A DNA stretch of 64,000 nt from a virus, in the IMG/VR virus record IMGVR_UViG_3300038409_000069, positions 6,377 through 70,376 of that record. One strand, given 5' to 3'. Positions 28,255-37,888 of the stretch are shown in pieces. How positions within the stretch are numbered: position 1 is the stretch's first letter; the number at the start of each line of letters is the position of its first letter. The position numbers and the translations under genes were made by a program. The notes under the pieces are model-generated. The model ran no database searches, had not been told where the DNA came from, and saw only the letters and a program-made list of their open reading frames with translations.

Positions 28255-29227
28255 TGGCTCTCTCCTGGTTTAGGGCGGTGAAGACTTTGCGGGTTTCGGC
28301 GAAGAACGTCGTGCGCTCTTTTGCGATGTGACCGAACCCGATATAATCCAGGTTCGGCTCGGCGATCTGGAGGCGCTCGACAACCAATTCGGCGGTGGAG
28401 CGCAGCGCTGGGTCGTCTCGCCACGGGCGAGGGCTGGGATCGTCGCGCCAACCGTAAACCTCTTCGCACGCGCCGAAACAAAGTCCCGTGACGACGTCGC
28501 ACCCCATGCTCGCCGCCTCTCTCGGCAGTCTGTCCTTCCCCGGAAACGTTCCAAGATCGACATAGACGCGGGCCTGCGCGAAGAGCTTGGCGATCTCAGC
28601 ACGAGGGACTCCGCCGCCGATCGCGGCTATCTTGATCCCAGGGTCAAGGCGTTCGATCTCCTGCGCAATGGCCGGCAAGTCGGCAATGACCTTGTCCGGC
28701 CGGGCGTTGAAGGCCACGAGCTTTGGCCGCTCTTCCATCGGCATAGGCTGAGCGTATTCGGTCAGGTCGACCGTGTAGTCCGAGAGCATGCCGAGCGAGT
28801 TGAATTGAAGCGCCTCGATGAAGCGCTCGGCATATCGAGACTGGCAGGCGTGAAAGACGTTCGGCTTTCGAAGGTGGTTCAGGTTGACTTGGCTTAGCGC
28901 CCCGAAGGAATTGTCGACGCTGAGCCACCAGACGAGAACCTTGGCCTTGCGCCAGGCTTGAACCAGAGGCGCCGCAGTCTCGGGGATGACGACCACGTCG
29001 CCCTCTTGATCCGGGATCGAGTGGGCGAGGTTGGCCTTGTAGCGATCGTATTCCGGGGCGAACGGCGCATAGGCGGGGAACTCGCGCACCCCGTTTTTGA
29101 GATCGTCCCACTTGAAATAGACGAGCCTTGCATCGAACCCCTGCTCTATCAGAGCGTCGGAGAGTTGATGCGTCGCCTCGGGGCCGCCGGTGACGATGCC
29201 GTGGAGGGCCAGAATAAAGATGGTCAT
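28229..29227 (-). CDS. putative glycosyltransferase (GT-B-like)
   Basis: TGGPEATHQL; VVIPE; WWLSVDN; QSRYA; VYVDLGTFPGKDRLPREAASMGC. Confidence 0.75.
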   Translation of the reverse strand: MTIFILALHGIVTGGPEATHQLSDALIEQGFDARLVYFKWDDLKNGVREFPAYAPFAPEYDRYKANLAHSIPDQEGDVVVIPETAAPLVQAWRKAKVLVWWLSVDNSFGALSQVNLNHLRKPNVFHACQSRYAERFIEALQFNSLGMLSDYTVDLTEYAQPMPMEERPKLVAFNARPDKVIADLPAIAQEIERLDPGIKIAAIGGGVPRAEIAKLFAQARVYVDLGTFPGKDRLPREAASMGCDVVTGLCFGACEEVYGWRDDPSPRPWRDDPALRSTAELVVERLQIAEPNLDYIGFGHIAKERTTFFAETRKVFTALNQERANAQETIPA

Positions 29228-29424
29228 GCCGTCGGCGCACTCGGCGCGGCCTCGTCTTGCCTCATTTCTTCGGCGACAACCGACAGATGCCCTAAACATT
29301 CCGCTATGTACGGAGGGTCGGCAAAAGTGTCTTGGTTCTCTGGCAGAGCCGCGTTTTCCCTGAGGGATTTCGCGGTTCGCTCGGCTGCTTCGGCGATAAT
29401 GTCGAGCACTTCATCGCGCGTCAT
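29224..29424 (-). CDS. hypothetical protein
   Basis: ATGA overlaps at both ends. Confidence 0.6.
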   Translation of the reverse strand: MTRDEVLDIIAEAAERTAKSLRENAALPENQDTFADPPYIAECLGHLSVVAEEMRQDEAAPSAPTA

Positions 29425-29774
29425 GATTCAGACTCCTCAGTCTCTTCAACCGCATCTTCCTTCGGCTCTTCCCGCCGCCCCGGCCCATCATGCTCTCTCA
29501 GCATCAAAAGCCAGTTATCGTGATGAACCCGTTTGCAGCGCTCTTCAAGAGTCAGGGAGGCGGCGTGCTTGCCCAATGCGCGGAAAGTCATGTGCGTGTC
29601 GGATGCGCCGCCCTGCGTCTGCATCGTGAGCGGATCGCGTGAGCCGCATTCAACATAGGCCCACCACAGAAAATCGCGGCCAAGCGGACTGGCGAGGGTC
29701 TGGGCAAGCCAAGTGTTGATGTTCTCCTCGCGGATGCGGATCGCGTTCTGCGCGTCGCGCTCGCGCCTGCTCAT
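29421..29774 (-). CDS. Bbp19-like phage protein
   Basis: LASPLGRDFLW...TFRALGK; position between portal and scaffold. Confidence 0.65.
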   Translation of the reverse strand: MSRRERDAQNAIRIREENINTWLAQTLASPLGRDFLWWAYVECGSRDPLTMQTQGGASDTHMTFRALGKHAASLTLEERCKRVHHDNWLLMLREHDGPGRREEPKEDAVEETEESES

Positions 29775-30718
29775 GCGGGATCCTTCTCAGGCTGCGCAAA
29801 CAGCCCGCACTTGCGGGCGAGATGCGCGCAGATGGCGTCCACCCGTTCGGCCCATATGACGTAATGGGGTTGGGCGCCGGGTTGCTGCGAGGCTTGACGG
29901 TAGGACGCGGCGATCTCAGCGAGCATGGCGACGTCTGCGCTCATCTCGTGAGGCTGCGGCAAGCGATACGGATAGGCGCCGTAATGGTCGATCTGGAGCG
30001 AGAGCCTGGCGTCGAGCCATATCTTGAAGCCGCAGGTCCGGGACCGGGAGCAGAACGTGTAGTCGCTTGTCCTTGGGATCGGTCCCTCGCCGGTGGCGGC
30101 GATGTCGGAGTAGAAGGCTGGGAGGCGGCCGTATTCCTTCGCCCAATCCGGGATGCATTGATGTTCGATGACGTCGAACACGTTCATGCGGATGAGCAGC
30201 GCCCCGATGGGCAGGCCCGCGACTTCGCTGAGTTCCGGGCGGGTATAGAGGGAAAGCCAATCGATCGGCGTCCCGTCGAGCTCAACGCCCATGACCTCGA
30301 TGCGATCCGGCTTCTTGAAGCAGTACGTGGCGCCGACGATGTCGACGTTGTGGTCGACGAGGCGGGCGATCGCGTCCTCTGGATCGCGGATCCCTTCGTC
30401 AGTTTCGTAAAAGAAGATGGCGTCGACCGGCGGATCGCCCGCGTCGACCAGCTTCTTGTTTACGTCGCGCGCGGCCTTCAGGATGTTGTTCTGGTTGTGC
30501 GAGAGATGCGAGCCGGAGCATCTCGCCGGGATGAGCCGGACGCCGTGTCCATGCATTGCCGCCTGCATTCGGAACATGGTCTCGTTGAACTCGTCATTGA
30601 CCATGCCGCCAGAAGGCGTGCCGATGATGACGGTTGCGCGCGGGAGGCGCTTGACGATCGCCGGCGCGCTCAGATCGAGAGCGTCGGCCGGGGTTGGGAG
30701 TGTTTCAGTGTCAGCCAT
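29771..30718 (-). CDS. glycosyltransferase-A-fold protein
   Basis: IIGTP; FFYETD at the DxD position; VDIVGATY; GALLIRMNVF; SDYTFC...GFKIWLD...HYG. Confidence 0.7.
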   Translation of the reverse strand: MADTETLPTPADALDLSAPAIVKRLPRATVIIGTPSGGMVNDEFNETMFRMQAAMHGHGVRLIPARCSGSHLSHNQNNILKAARDVNKKLVDAGDPPVDAIFFYETDEGIRDPEDAIARLVDHNVDIVGATYCFKKPDRIEVMGVELDGTPIDWLSLYTRPELSEVAGLPIGALLIRMNVFDVIEHQCIPDWAKEYGRLPAFYSDIAATGEGPIPRTSDYTFCSRSRTCGFKIWLDARLSLQIDHYGAYPYRLPQPHEMSADVAMLAEIAASYRQASQQPGAQPHYVIWAERVDAICAHLARKCGLFAQPEKDPA

Positions 30719-30752
30719 GAGTACAATCTATGGGCTGATTTGCGCGCGCGGG

Positions 30753-32612
30753 CTAGCGTTTCGCCGGCGGTTTTGCGGCGGGCGCAGCGGCCGGCGGCTG
30801 TTCGGACGATCCGCCTTGCGGCGGAGGCGCAACGCCCATGTTGGCGAGGATCGTCTCGAGCGCCGTGTTGCCGCCGCCCACGTTCGTTTCTCCGAGATTC
30901 TTGAGCGCCGCGCTCGCTTCCTTGAGCGGAGCTGCAGCCGCAGCCGCCTGCGCGGCCATTTCCTGTTGCTGGCGGACCTTGCGCATCTCGACGACGGCGT
31001 CATCGGAGCGGACGATCGTCGGAGGCGCGCCCGAAGCATCGGCGTATTCGTCAATGGCCTGGTCGGCGTCGAACTTGTCCGCAGCCGACGTGAACCCGGA
31101 GCCGACGAGCCCGGCGACGAACTGAGCCACGCGCTGAATCCCGCCCGTCGCTGCGGCCTTCTGAGCCTGAGCCAAAAGCGAGATGTAATTGACCTGGATG
31201 TCCATGCCCTGCAATTCAGGCGGAGGCGGCGGAAGCGCGCCGGTGTTTGAGAGCCCCATCCAGTAATCGATGCTCGCATCGATGAGACGCGCGACCGTTC
31301 TGTCGATCAGCGGCCCGTGCATTTCGTTCTGCGAACGCTCGACCACAGGACCGAGTTCGGCCAGCTTCTCTTCCTTGCGCTCGACCAGCTCCAGCTCGTT
31401 GCGCGGCTGGACGCCCTCCATCTGCGATATCGCGCGGAAGAGGTCGGCGTAGAAGGCTTCTCTCACCCGTTCCTGCGTCGCGTTGATGTCTTCGAGAAGC
31501 GCAGCCACATCCGGCTTCACTTCATAAACCGGCTTGATGCCGCCCGAGGCGAGATCGGAAACGACGTTCTTGGCGCCCGGCAGCGTCGAAATCCAGCGGT
31601 CCATGCCGTTGGATTGATGCTGGGTCGGGGGGTTGACGAGCTTCTCGATCGCCTCGCCCTTGCGCTTCTGCTGGATCTGCAATTGCCGAATGTCGGCGAG
31701 CGCATCCATGCCGGGAGATGAGCCGTAGATGTCGTTTCCGACCACGTCCCAGCGCGGGGCGATGATCGGGTTGTGTCGATATCCGCTCTTCCTCAGGAAC
31801 TTTTTGCGGTCGTCGCAGGATTGCTCCCAATAGATGGAGCGAAACTTCATGTTGCGATTGTCGACCTTGCCGCCCATGCGTTCGGTGTTCGGCTCGATCG
31901 CATGCATGACGTTTACCCACTGGTCGTAGTTCGATCGATCCCAAGCGGTTTTGACCTGGATCGACGCTTTCGACCAGTCGGGCTCGGCGAACCGGTCATT
32001 CGGGTCCGCCAGAAAGTCGCCGACGAGCTGCATCACCGTCATCTGCATTTCGCGATAGAGCGTGTCGACGACGCGGCGATTGTTGAGGGCGAGGGCGTAT
32101 TCCCCGATCGTGAGCGTGTTGAGGCGAATCACGTCATCGAAGTCGTCGTCGACGATCGCGCAGCCCGTACCGAACACGCCCATTTCCCGGTAGATCGTGG
32201 GCAGGCCCTGATAGACGTTCGATGCGTGGAAGACTTGCCTCACCCGGCGCTCGAGGAATGAGAGCCAGACCTTCACCGGGCCGAATTCGTTCAAGTCGAG
32301 GTCGTGGGTTTCGAGCTTGAACCACGGCCGCGCCGGCGATGACATGCCGCTCATCATGCCGTTGGCGAGCGTCCGGCTTGCGACGGTCCCGGTCGAGTCT
32401 ACAATGTTCTGGTTGCGCTTGTCGCCCTTGTTCGTCTTGGTGATGAAGAAGCGGGAGCGCCTGGGCAAGATGTAATCGGAGAGGTCGCGCCAATGCTGCT
32501 CCCAGGACGAGCGCTCGAGCTTCATCGCGCCCCAGCGACGGTTGAGGCGGTCGCGCAGGTCAAGCGGCTGAGAATTGCCGCCGTCGATGGTGGCGAGGGC
32601 TGCGAGGCTCAA
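30753..32612 (-). CDS. portal (head-to-tail connecting) protein
   Basis: ERSSWEQHW; MSSPARPWF; FGTG; PRWDVVGNDIYGSSPG; LGPVVER. Confidence 0.93.
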   Translation of the reverse strand: MSLAALATIDGGNSQPLDLRDRLNRRWGAMKLERSSWEQHWRDLSDYILPRRSRFFITKTNKGDKRNQNIVDSTGTVASRTLANGMMSGMSSPARPWFKLETHDLDLNEFGPVKVWLSFLERRVRQVFHASNVYQGLPTIYREMGVFGTGCAIVDDDFDDVIRLNTLTIGEYALALNNRRVVDTLYREMQMTVMQLVGDFLADPNDRFAEPDWSKASIQVKTAWDRSNYDQWVNVMHAIEPNTERMGGKVDNRNMKFRSIYWEQSCDDRKKFLRKSGYRHNPIIAPRWDVVGNDIYGSSPGMDALADIRQLQIQQKRKGEAIEKLVNPPTQHQSNGMDRWISTLPGAKNVVSDLASGGIKPVYEVKPDVAALLEDINATQERVREAFYADLFRAISQMEGVQPRNELELVERKEEKLAELGPVVERSQNEMHGPLIDRTVARLIDASIDYWMGLSNTGALPPPPPELQGMDIQVNYISLLAQAQKAAATGGIQRVAQFVAGLVGSGFTSAADKFDADQAIDEYADASGAPPTIVRSDDAVVEMRKVRQQQEMAAQAAAAAAPLKEASAALKNLGETNVGGGNTALETILANMGVAPPPQGGSSEQPPAAAPAAKPPAKR

Positions 32613-33022
32613 ACGCGACTCACCCAGCTTCTATTGCCGCCGAAGCCGAAGCGCGGGCGGGTGGCGACATAGGCCGGTATGGGCAACGGCGGCGGAGGAG
32701 GGGGCGGAGAAACCGGCGCTGGCGCGGCGGGCGCGGAGACAGGCCCGGCCTGGTTCATGACCACCTGACCCGTCGTGCTCGCCGGACCTGTTATCCCTCT
32801 GGCGCTCGTTGCAATGCCTGCGATCAGGCGCTCTCTTCCGCTTGTGGAAAGAGACGAGAACGGGACGGGTTCGCGGTAGGGCTGGCGTCCGGGCGGGGTT
32901 TCGGGTTCAGGAAATTCCGGTGTCTTGGGTTTCAGCGCATTTTGCGGAGCATCGTCGCCGAGAAGCCACCCGGTCGGCGAAAGCGAGACGCCGAGAATGT
33001 CCTTTGACGTCGGGAGGCACAT
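32609..33022 (-). CDS. Pro-rich small virion protein
   Basis: MCLP start; lies between TerL and portal as in related podoviruses. Confidence 0.6.
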   Translation of the reverse strand: MCLPTSKDILGVSLSPTGWLLGDDAPQNALKPKTPEFPEPETPPGRQPYREPVPFSSLSTSGRERLIAGIATSARGITGPASTTGQVVMNQAGPVSAPAAPAPVSPPPPPPPLPIPAYVATRPRFGFGGNRSWVSRV

Positions 33023-33029
33023 GCCCGCA

Positions 33030-33935
33030 TTATGCGGGCGTGTTCACCCTTGCGGCGTTCACCACCTCTCTCACGCAATCGCGCAAGGGCCTGTGCCGAT
33101 AGCCAAACGTCTCCGCGAACTTTGTTGAATCAAGGCAGGCGTTCTTGGGGCGCTTGAAGGATTCGCCTGTTTCGTCGGATGAGATCGGCTCAATCGGCGT
33201 ATCAAGGCCAGCCTCTTCCAGGATCATGCGCGTCCAGTCGGCGAAACTCAGGCATTCGGGGCCGGCGAAATGATAGATGCCGGTGTATTCGTTCCTGTCC
33301 TTGATTAGCTTCTCGGTTGCGATGAGAATGGCGCGGGCGAGTTCTCTAGCGTCCGTTGGCGTCGTGATCCGATCAGACACGACGCGGTGACTTTCGCCAC
33401 GCTCGGCCTGACGCAGGCGAGCGTGAAGGAACGTCTCTTTGCAGGGCGAGAAGAGCGCCGTGGTGCGGATGACCATCCATCCTGTCCAGTGTTGGCTTGC
33501 AAGGCGCTCACCCAGCCTTTTGGTGTAGCCATACCAGTTGACAGGTGTCTCGTCGTCGTCTCGCTCAGTCCACGGGCCAGGCACATCACCGCCGATGCCC
33601 CCGAACACGCAGTCTGTCGATATATGCACGAGCGGAATGTTACGCGACGCGCAAGCCCTCGCAAGCCTCCCGGGAGCGTAGCCATTGATATCTAATCCCT
33701 CGCCTTGCCGAACCTGCGTTTCAGCGAGCGATAGCGCGGCGCAGTTGATGACGGCCGCGGGTTTCACCTCGTCCAGGCGCTGCGCGACTTGCTTTGGATT
33801 AGTGATGTCGAGCGAAGCGCGGTCGAAGAAATGCAGGTCGTGCGTCCATGCCTCGAACGCCGACCAGTCGCAGCCGACTTGATTGATGCACTGAGCGAGT
33901 TCGCCCGGCCAGCCGGTGACGAGGATGGGGTTCAC
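33030..33935 (-). CDS. rmlD: dTDP-4-dehydrorhamnose reductase
   Basis: VINCAA; VHISTDCVF; YGYTKRLGE; TPTDARELA; GIYHF; RPKNACLD. Confidence 0.88.
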   Translation of the reverse strand: MNPILVTGWPGELAQCINQVGCDWSAFEAWTHDLHFFDRASLDITNPKQVAQRLDEVKPAAVINCAALSLAETQVRQGEGLDINGYAPGRLARACASRNIPLVHISTDCVFGGIGGDVPGPWTERDDDETPVNWYGYTKRLGERLASQHWTGWMVIRTTALFSPCKETFLHARLRQAERGESHRVVSDRITTPTDARELARAILIATEKLIKDRNEYTGIYHFAGPECLSFADWTRMILEEAGLDTPIEPISSDETGESFKRPKNACLDSTKFAETFGYRHRPLRDCVREVVNAARVNTPA

Positions 33936-33987
33936 AATATCGGGTCCATTACGCCGCCCTCTCTATTCTCGCGCCGAAGGCGCCCAC

Positions 33988-34122
33988 TCATGCCAGTTTG
34001 AAGTCTCGGCGGCAGCGCCGACAGCGGTTCACCCTGGCCCTATTGTTCAGGGCGTCGAACGTTATGCCCTCTTCAAGATCGTGGAATGTCAGGCAGCACA
34101 GGAGCCAGCCAATCAACTTCAC
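33988..34122 (-). CDS. 44-aa Cys/His-rich protein
   Basis: GTGA overlap with the SDR stop; LLCCLTFHD...CRRC. Confidence 0.4.
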   Translation of the reverse strand: MKLIGWLLCCLTFHDLEEGITFDALNNRARVNRCRRCRRDFKLA

Positions 34123-35093
34123 GCCGCCCTCTCAACCTTCGCGCCAAACGCGCCCACGCGCCTGTACCAATCCAATGTGATGGTGTTCGCGCTGCGGGTC
34201 AAACCGTCATGGCGGATGGCGGATGAGATTTCGTCAACCCCGTTGCGGATCGTGCGCATTGGGCGCCAGCCGAGGGAGCGTATCTTCGCGAAGTCCACCG
34301 AGTAGGAGCGATGGTCGACGACGCCCTGGCGCTCAATCTCGCGGGCGCCTGTGGCCCGCTGGATCTTGCCGGCAAGCTCTGCAATGGTCAGATTGCGCAT
34401 GCCGACGTTGAAGATGTGGCCGGAGACGTTGCGGGCCGTGAGCATGGCGATCTGAGCCGCCGCCGTGTCACGCACATGCACAAAAGGCCGGGACTGAGAG
34501 CCGTCGCCGCCGATGTGGATTTTGCCCTCGACAACCGCGTCATGGGCCATGGTGTTGACGCTGAGGTCGAAACGCATGCGGGGCGACAGGCCGAAGACCG
34601 TAGCCTGCCTGAGGACCACAACCTCAAAGCCCCCAAACCCGCAAGCGAGCGCGCCCTGCTCTGCCAACGCATTCGCCTTGGCGTAGGCCGTGAGAGGATT
34701 GATCGGGCTCGTCTCGTCCACCATTTCGGGGTTAAAGCCATACACTGCGCATGAGCTGGGCAGGATGTAGCGGCCAACCCCTGCCCGCTTCGCCAGCCCG
34801 CAATTCCGAACCCGGGCTTCATGGTTGATCTCGTAAGTCTCTGATGCAAAGGCCTCGCCAGCCGGGTCGTTCGAGATCGCGGCCAAGTCAATGACTGCAT
34901 CGATCTGCCTGAAATGCGACCTCGTGAGATTCCGCACGTCGTCGGTGATGCAGAACAGCCCCTCATGAGACTTGAGCTTATCCCTGCCGAACCAGAACCG
35001 ATCTATTGCCCTGACTTCATGTCCGTCTGCAAGAAGCATCGGGACGAGGACTGAGCCGATGTAACCGCCGGCGCCGGTGACGAGGATTCTCAT
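34119..35093 (-). CDS. NAD-dependent epimerase/dehydratase (extended SDR)
   Basis: ILVTGAGGYIG; DLAAISNDP; SSCAVYG; LRQATVFGLSPRMRFDL; RPFVHV. Confidence 0.9.
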   Translation of the reverse strand: MRILVTGAGGYIGSVLVPMLLADGHEVRAIDRFWFGRDKLKSHEGLFCITDDVRNLTRSHFRQIDAVIDLAAISNDPAGEAFASETYEINHEARVRNCGLAKRAGVGRYILPSSCAVYGFNPEMVDETSPINPLTAYAKANALAEQGALACGFGGFEVVVLRQATVFGLSPRMRFDLSVNTMAHDAVVEGKIHIGGDGSQSRPFVHVRDTAAAQIAMLTARNVSGHIFNVGMRNLTIAELAGKIQRATGAREIERQGVVDHRSYSVDFAKIRSLGWRPMRTIRNGVDEISSAIRHDGLTRSANTITLDWYRRVGAFGAKVERAA

Positions 35094-35113
35094 ACACCGG
35101 ATTTTGCCTTCGT

Positions 35114-35632
35114 TTACAGCAGTGGGGCGTTCCGGTCCCTCTCGCTCATGATGGCGTCGGCCTGGGATACGGGCCATTCAATTCGGAGCTTTGGGTCGAA
35201 CGGGTTGAAGCCCATCTGTGCGTTGGGCGCATACCGCTGATTTACCTTGTACAGGACACGGGTGTTGTCCTCACAGGTGCAGAACCCATGGGCCCACCCC
35301 TTAGGCACGAAGAGCGAGCCCGATGCGGGGATGAGACGGAAGGTGCGCACTTGGCGCGTTTGAATCTGGACGCAGACGTCCAGAATGTCCCCATCCAGAA
35401 CACGGACGACCTTCACTTGCATCGGCTCCTGCCAATGCAAGCCGCGGATTGTCCCCGCCTTTCGGCTCAGACTCTCGTTCTCCTCGGCGACGTGGAAATT
35501 GGCAACGAGCGTCGTCGGACGCTCATAGGTTCGAGCAAAATAGCCGCGCTCATCCTGGGAAAGGTGCGGGGTCGGAATGATGACCGGCTCAGGTACGATC
35601 ACATTCGACACTACGAAGAGAGATTCGCTCAT
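35114..35632 (-). CDS. rmlC: dTDP-4-dehydrorhamnose 3,5-epimerase
   Basis: DERGYFAR; GTIRGLH; LFVPKGWAHGF; YKV; IEWP; MSERD. Confidence 0.92.
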   Translation of the reverse strand: MSESLFVVSNVIVPEPVIIPTPHLSQDERGYFARTYERPTTLVANFHVAEENESLSRKAGTIRGLHWQEPMQVKVVRVLDGDILDVCVQIQTRQVRTFRLIPASGSLFVPKGWAHGFCTCEDNTRVLYKVNQRYAPNAQMGFNPFDPKLRIEWPVSQADAIMSERDRNAPLL

Positions 35633-35820
35633 ACCCGCCGCCTCGACGTTCTGATAAGGTCCTCGCGGCTGGATTGGAAGAGCCGCTTCTTGCCCCGCGC
35701 GCAGGCTCGGGTCACAGCGTCAACGCTCGTGAGCCAAGCTTCCATGCCGGCTTCGGTCAGGGTTTGCGGCGCGCCGCCGGATTGCTGCAGGCCGTCTTCG
35801 TCGATGTCAGGAACGCTCAT
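35629..35820 (-). CDS. hypothetical protein
   Basis: ATGA overlaps at both ends. Confidence 0.5.
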   Translation of the reverse strand: MSVPDIDEDGLQQSGGAPQTLTEAGMEAWLTSVDAVTRACARGKKRLFQSSREDLIRTSRRRV

Positions 35821-37331
35821 GTTCGCCCCATGGCTGCGTCTGAATAGGGGTTGTACTCAGATTCCTTGCGCGCCTGTTCCTGGCGCACAATCTCGGTCTG
35901 TTCGCTCTTCAATGCAACAGGTTCGGCGAAGGTGAGCGCGAGCGCGTCAGCCACGTCTGTTGATGCAAGGCCTCGATCCATCATATCTTCCTTGCTTTCA
36001 AGGATGATTTTGTCATCCGCCCCACGGTAACCGTATTCAATTCCCGTGAGGTCGGTTTCAAGTTCATGGTCATCCGGAATCGAGCCTCTCGGCAGCCAGT
36101 CCTTCATCATCAGCCAGCATTCCGCCCGCTTGTTATAGGCGCGCGCAATCTTGGTATCTTTGCGCCCCACCCTGCCGGACGGAATGACCTCGAACACTGG
36201 GCGCTGGAGCTTCGCAAGTCGGTCAATCACGCCGGCGCCAACCGAAGCGGCGCCTTCTATGAAAATCGCATCCACGCCTTCGCGGTCGCTCAATTCAGCA
36301 ACCTCAGCGGCGAGGGTCATTGTGTCGATACCTCTGTATTTCTTCCAAGGAATCGTACACGCATCGCGCCCCCGGCGGAAGGCTATGACCGTCTGGCATG
36401 CGCCATACCGCGCCACATCCACGCCCATGATGAGGGGTTCCCAGAGGAAGCATTGCGGCTCGCGCGCCATGGCATTCTCGACGGTCTCGCCATCAATGAA
36501 TTGCATGTCGCCGGCGCGCGGCGCCTCGCCTTTAACTCTGACGCGAAAGAAGTCGCTGTCCTCCCCGTAATCTTCCTCCCACTGCTTGATCTTCTCTTTG
36601 TTCGTGAACGAGACCGTGCGGGCATCTATGGTGCGCGTGATCCAGCGGTGACGAAGACGGCCGAAGCACTCGTGGAACTTCCCGTTGTTGCGCGTCCGAT
36701 TGCCCCGCGCGAACCAGAAGATTTCCGTATTCGCGTCGGTCAAAGCGCCTTCGGCCGTCTCCCATATGATCGGCGGTATCTGCGACGCTTCATCCATCAC
36801 GAGGACGATGCGCTTGCCTTGGTTGTGAAGGCCGGCGAAGGCTTCCGGGTTCTTCTCGTTCCAGGGGATGAAGTCGGCGCGCCAACTCTTCTCGTTGCGC
36901 GGGTCATTGGCATAGATGGCGGTCGCGGTGATCGTGAACAGCGGCGCCGTAATCGACATCCGAAACCATTTGCCTACCTCTGGGGCCGTCTTGGTTCTGA
37001 GCTGCGTGTCCGTGCCCGCCGTGATGACGCAGCGCGTGTCCTCGTGCGTGGACATCGCCCAGTTCAACACCATGCCTATGTCCGCTGACTTCCCTATCCC
37101 GTGACCCGAGCCTATAGCCTCAAGGACAGGCATATGTGGATTGGCCTTTAGGCGCGCACCGATCTCTTTCAGGTGGTCGACTTGCCAAGGCTCAGGCCCC
37201 GAGAACCGCTCAAGGGGAGAGCCCTTCTCACCCCAGGGGAACGCCACCATGATGAACCCGAGCGGATCGTGGTGATAGTCCGCCAGTTCGATCAGGGGCG
37301 CTAGGCGATCAGTGGACGTTTTCCGCTTCAT
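35817..37331 (-). CDS. terL: terminase large subunit
   Basis: Walker A SGHGIGKS; Walker B LVMDEAS; nuclease domain MGVDVARYG and DVADALALTFA. Confidence 0.95.
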   Translation of the reverse strand: MKRKTSTDRLAPLIELADYHHDPLGFIMVAFPWGEKGSPLERFSGPEPWQVDHLKEIGARLKANPHMPVLEAIGSGHGIGKSADIGMVLNWAMSTHEDTRCVITAGTDTQLRTKTAPEVGKWFRMSITAPLFTITATAIYANDPRNEKSWRADFIPWNEKNPEAFAGLHNQGKRIVLVMDEASQIPPIIWETAEGALTDANTEIFWFARGNRTRNNGKFHECFGRLRHRWITRTIDARTVSFTNKEKIKQWEEDYGEDSDFFRVRVKGEAPRAGDMQFIDGETVENAMAREPQCFLWEPLIMGVDVARYGACQTVIAFRRGRDACTIPWKKYRGIDTMTLAAEVAELSDREGVDAIFIEGAASVGAGVIDRLAKLQRPVFEVIPSGRVGRKDTKIARAYNKRAECWLMMKDWLPRGSIPDDHELETDLTGIEYGYRGADDKIILESKEDMMDRGLASTDVADALALTFAEPVALKSEQTEIVRQEQARKESEYNPYSDAAMGRT

Positions 37332-37851
37332 TGGCGCGCGTGCGTCTCTGGCGGATCAGTTCGGCCAAGCCTTCCTTCAGCGCTTCGTCGCCTTCGGATG
37401 AGAACAGTTGCAGGCGCCGCCCCAGAAGCTCAAGCGCGCCCTGTTTGCTGGCCAGCTTGAACTTGGTGCGGACGATGGGGGCCTCTTTGCCGCCGCCTAC
37501 AGATTCGACGGTGACCTCTTGGATTGCCGCAGCCTGGTCTCGATCGATCGCCGAAAGATCAACGCGAGCCTCGCCGCCTTCAATGCTCACGTAGTCGAGC
37601 ATGTTGGAGAAGCCCATCAGAGCAAGCTCACGAACGATGCGGTCAGCGGTCACTTCGTACCGATCGAAGAGCTTCTCCTGCTTCGCCGCGATGGCCGCTG
37701 CAATACTAACATTTGCTAACAGGCGCGCGCCTTGTTCATTTGCGGTCTTCGCTGAGTAGCCGGCCCGAATGGCAGCCTGCGTCGCGTTCAGGTCGATGAG
37801 GTATTCCTGAACGAACCGCTCCTGCTTTGGGGTAAGACCGCCTTTCGCCAT
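37309..37851 (-). CDS. terS: terminase small subunit
   Basis: LTPKQERFVQEYLIDLNATQAAIRAGYSAKTA. Confidence 0.95.
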   Translation of the reverse strand: MAKGGLTPKQERFVQEYLIDLNATQAAIRAGYSAKTANEQGARLLANVSIAAAIAAKQEKLFDRYEVTADRIVRELALMGFSNMLDYVSIEGGEARVDLSAIDRDQAAAIQEVTVESVGGGKEAPIVRTKFKLASKQGALELLGRRLQLFSSEGDEALKEGLAELIRQRRTRANEAENVH

Positions 37852-37857
37852 GGGTTT

Positions 37858-37888
37858 AGGATAGCCTCACGCGACCTTTAGCGGGGTT
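37858..37888 (-). promoter_or_regulatory. putative late promoter (representative of a 7-copy motif)
   Basis: AACCCCGC-17nt-TATCCT-6nt-ATG; similar geometry before ORFs starting at 38487, 33022, 30718, 26788, 20014 and 7492. Confidence 0.6.
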
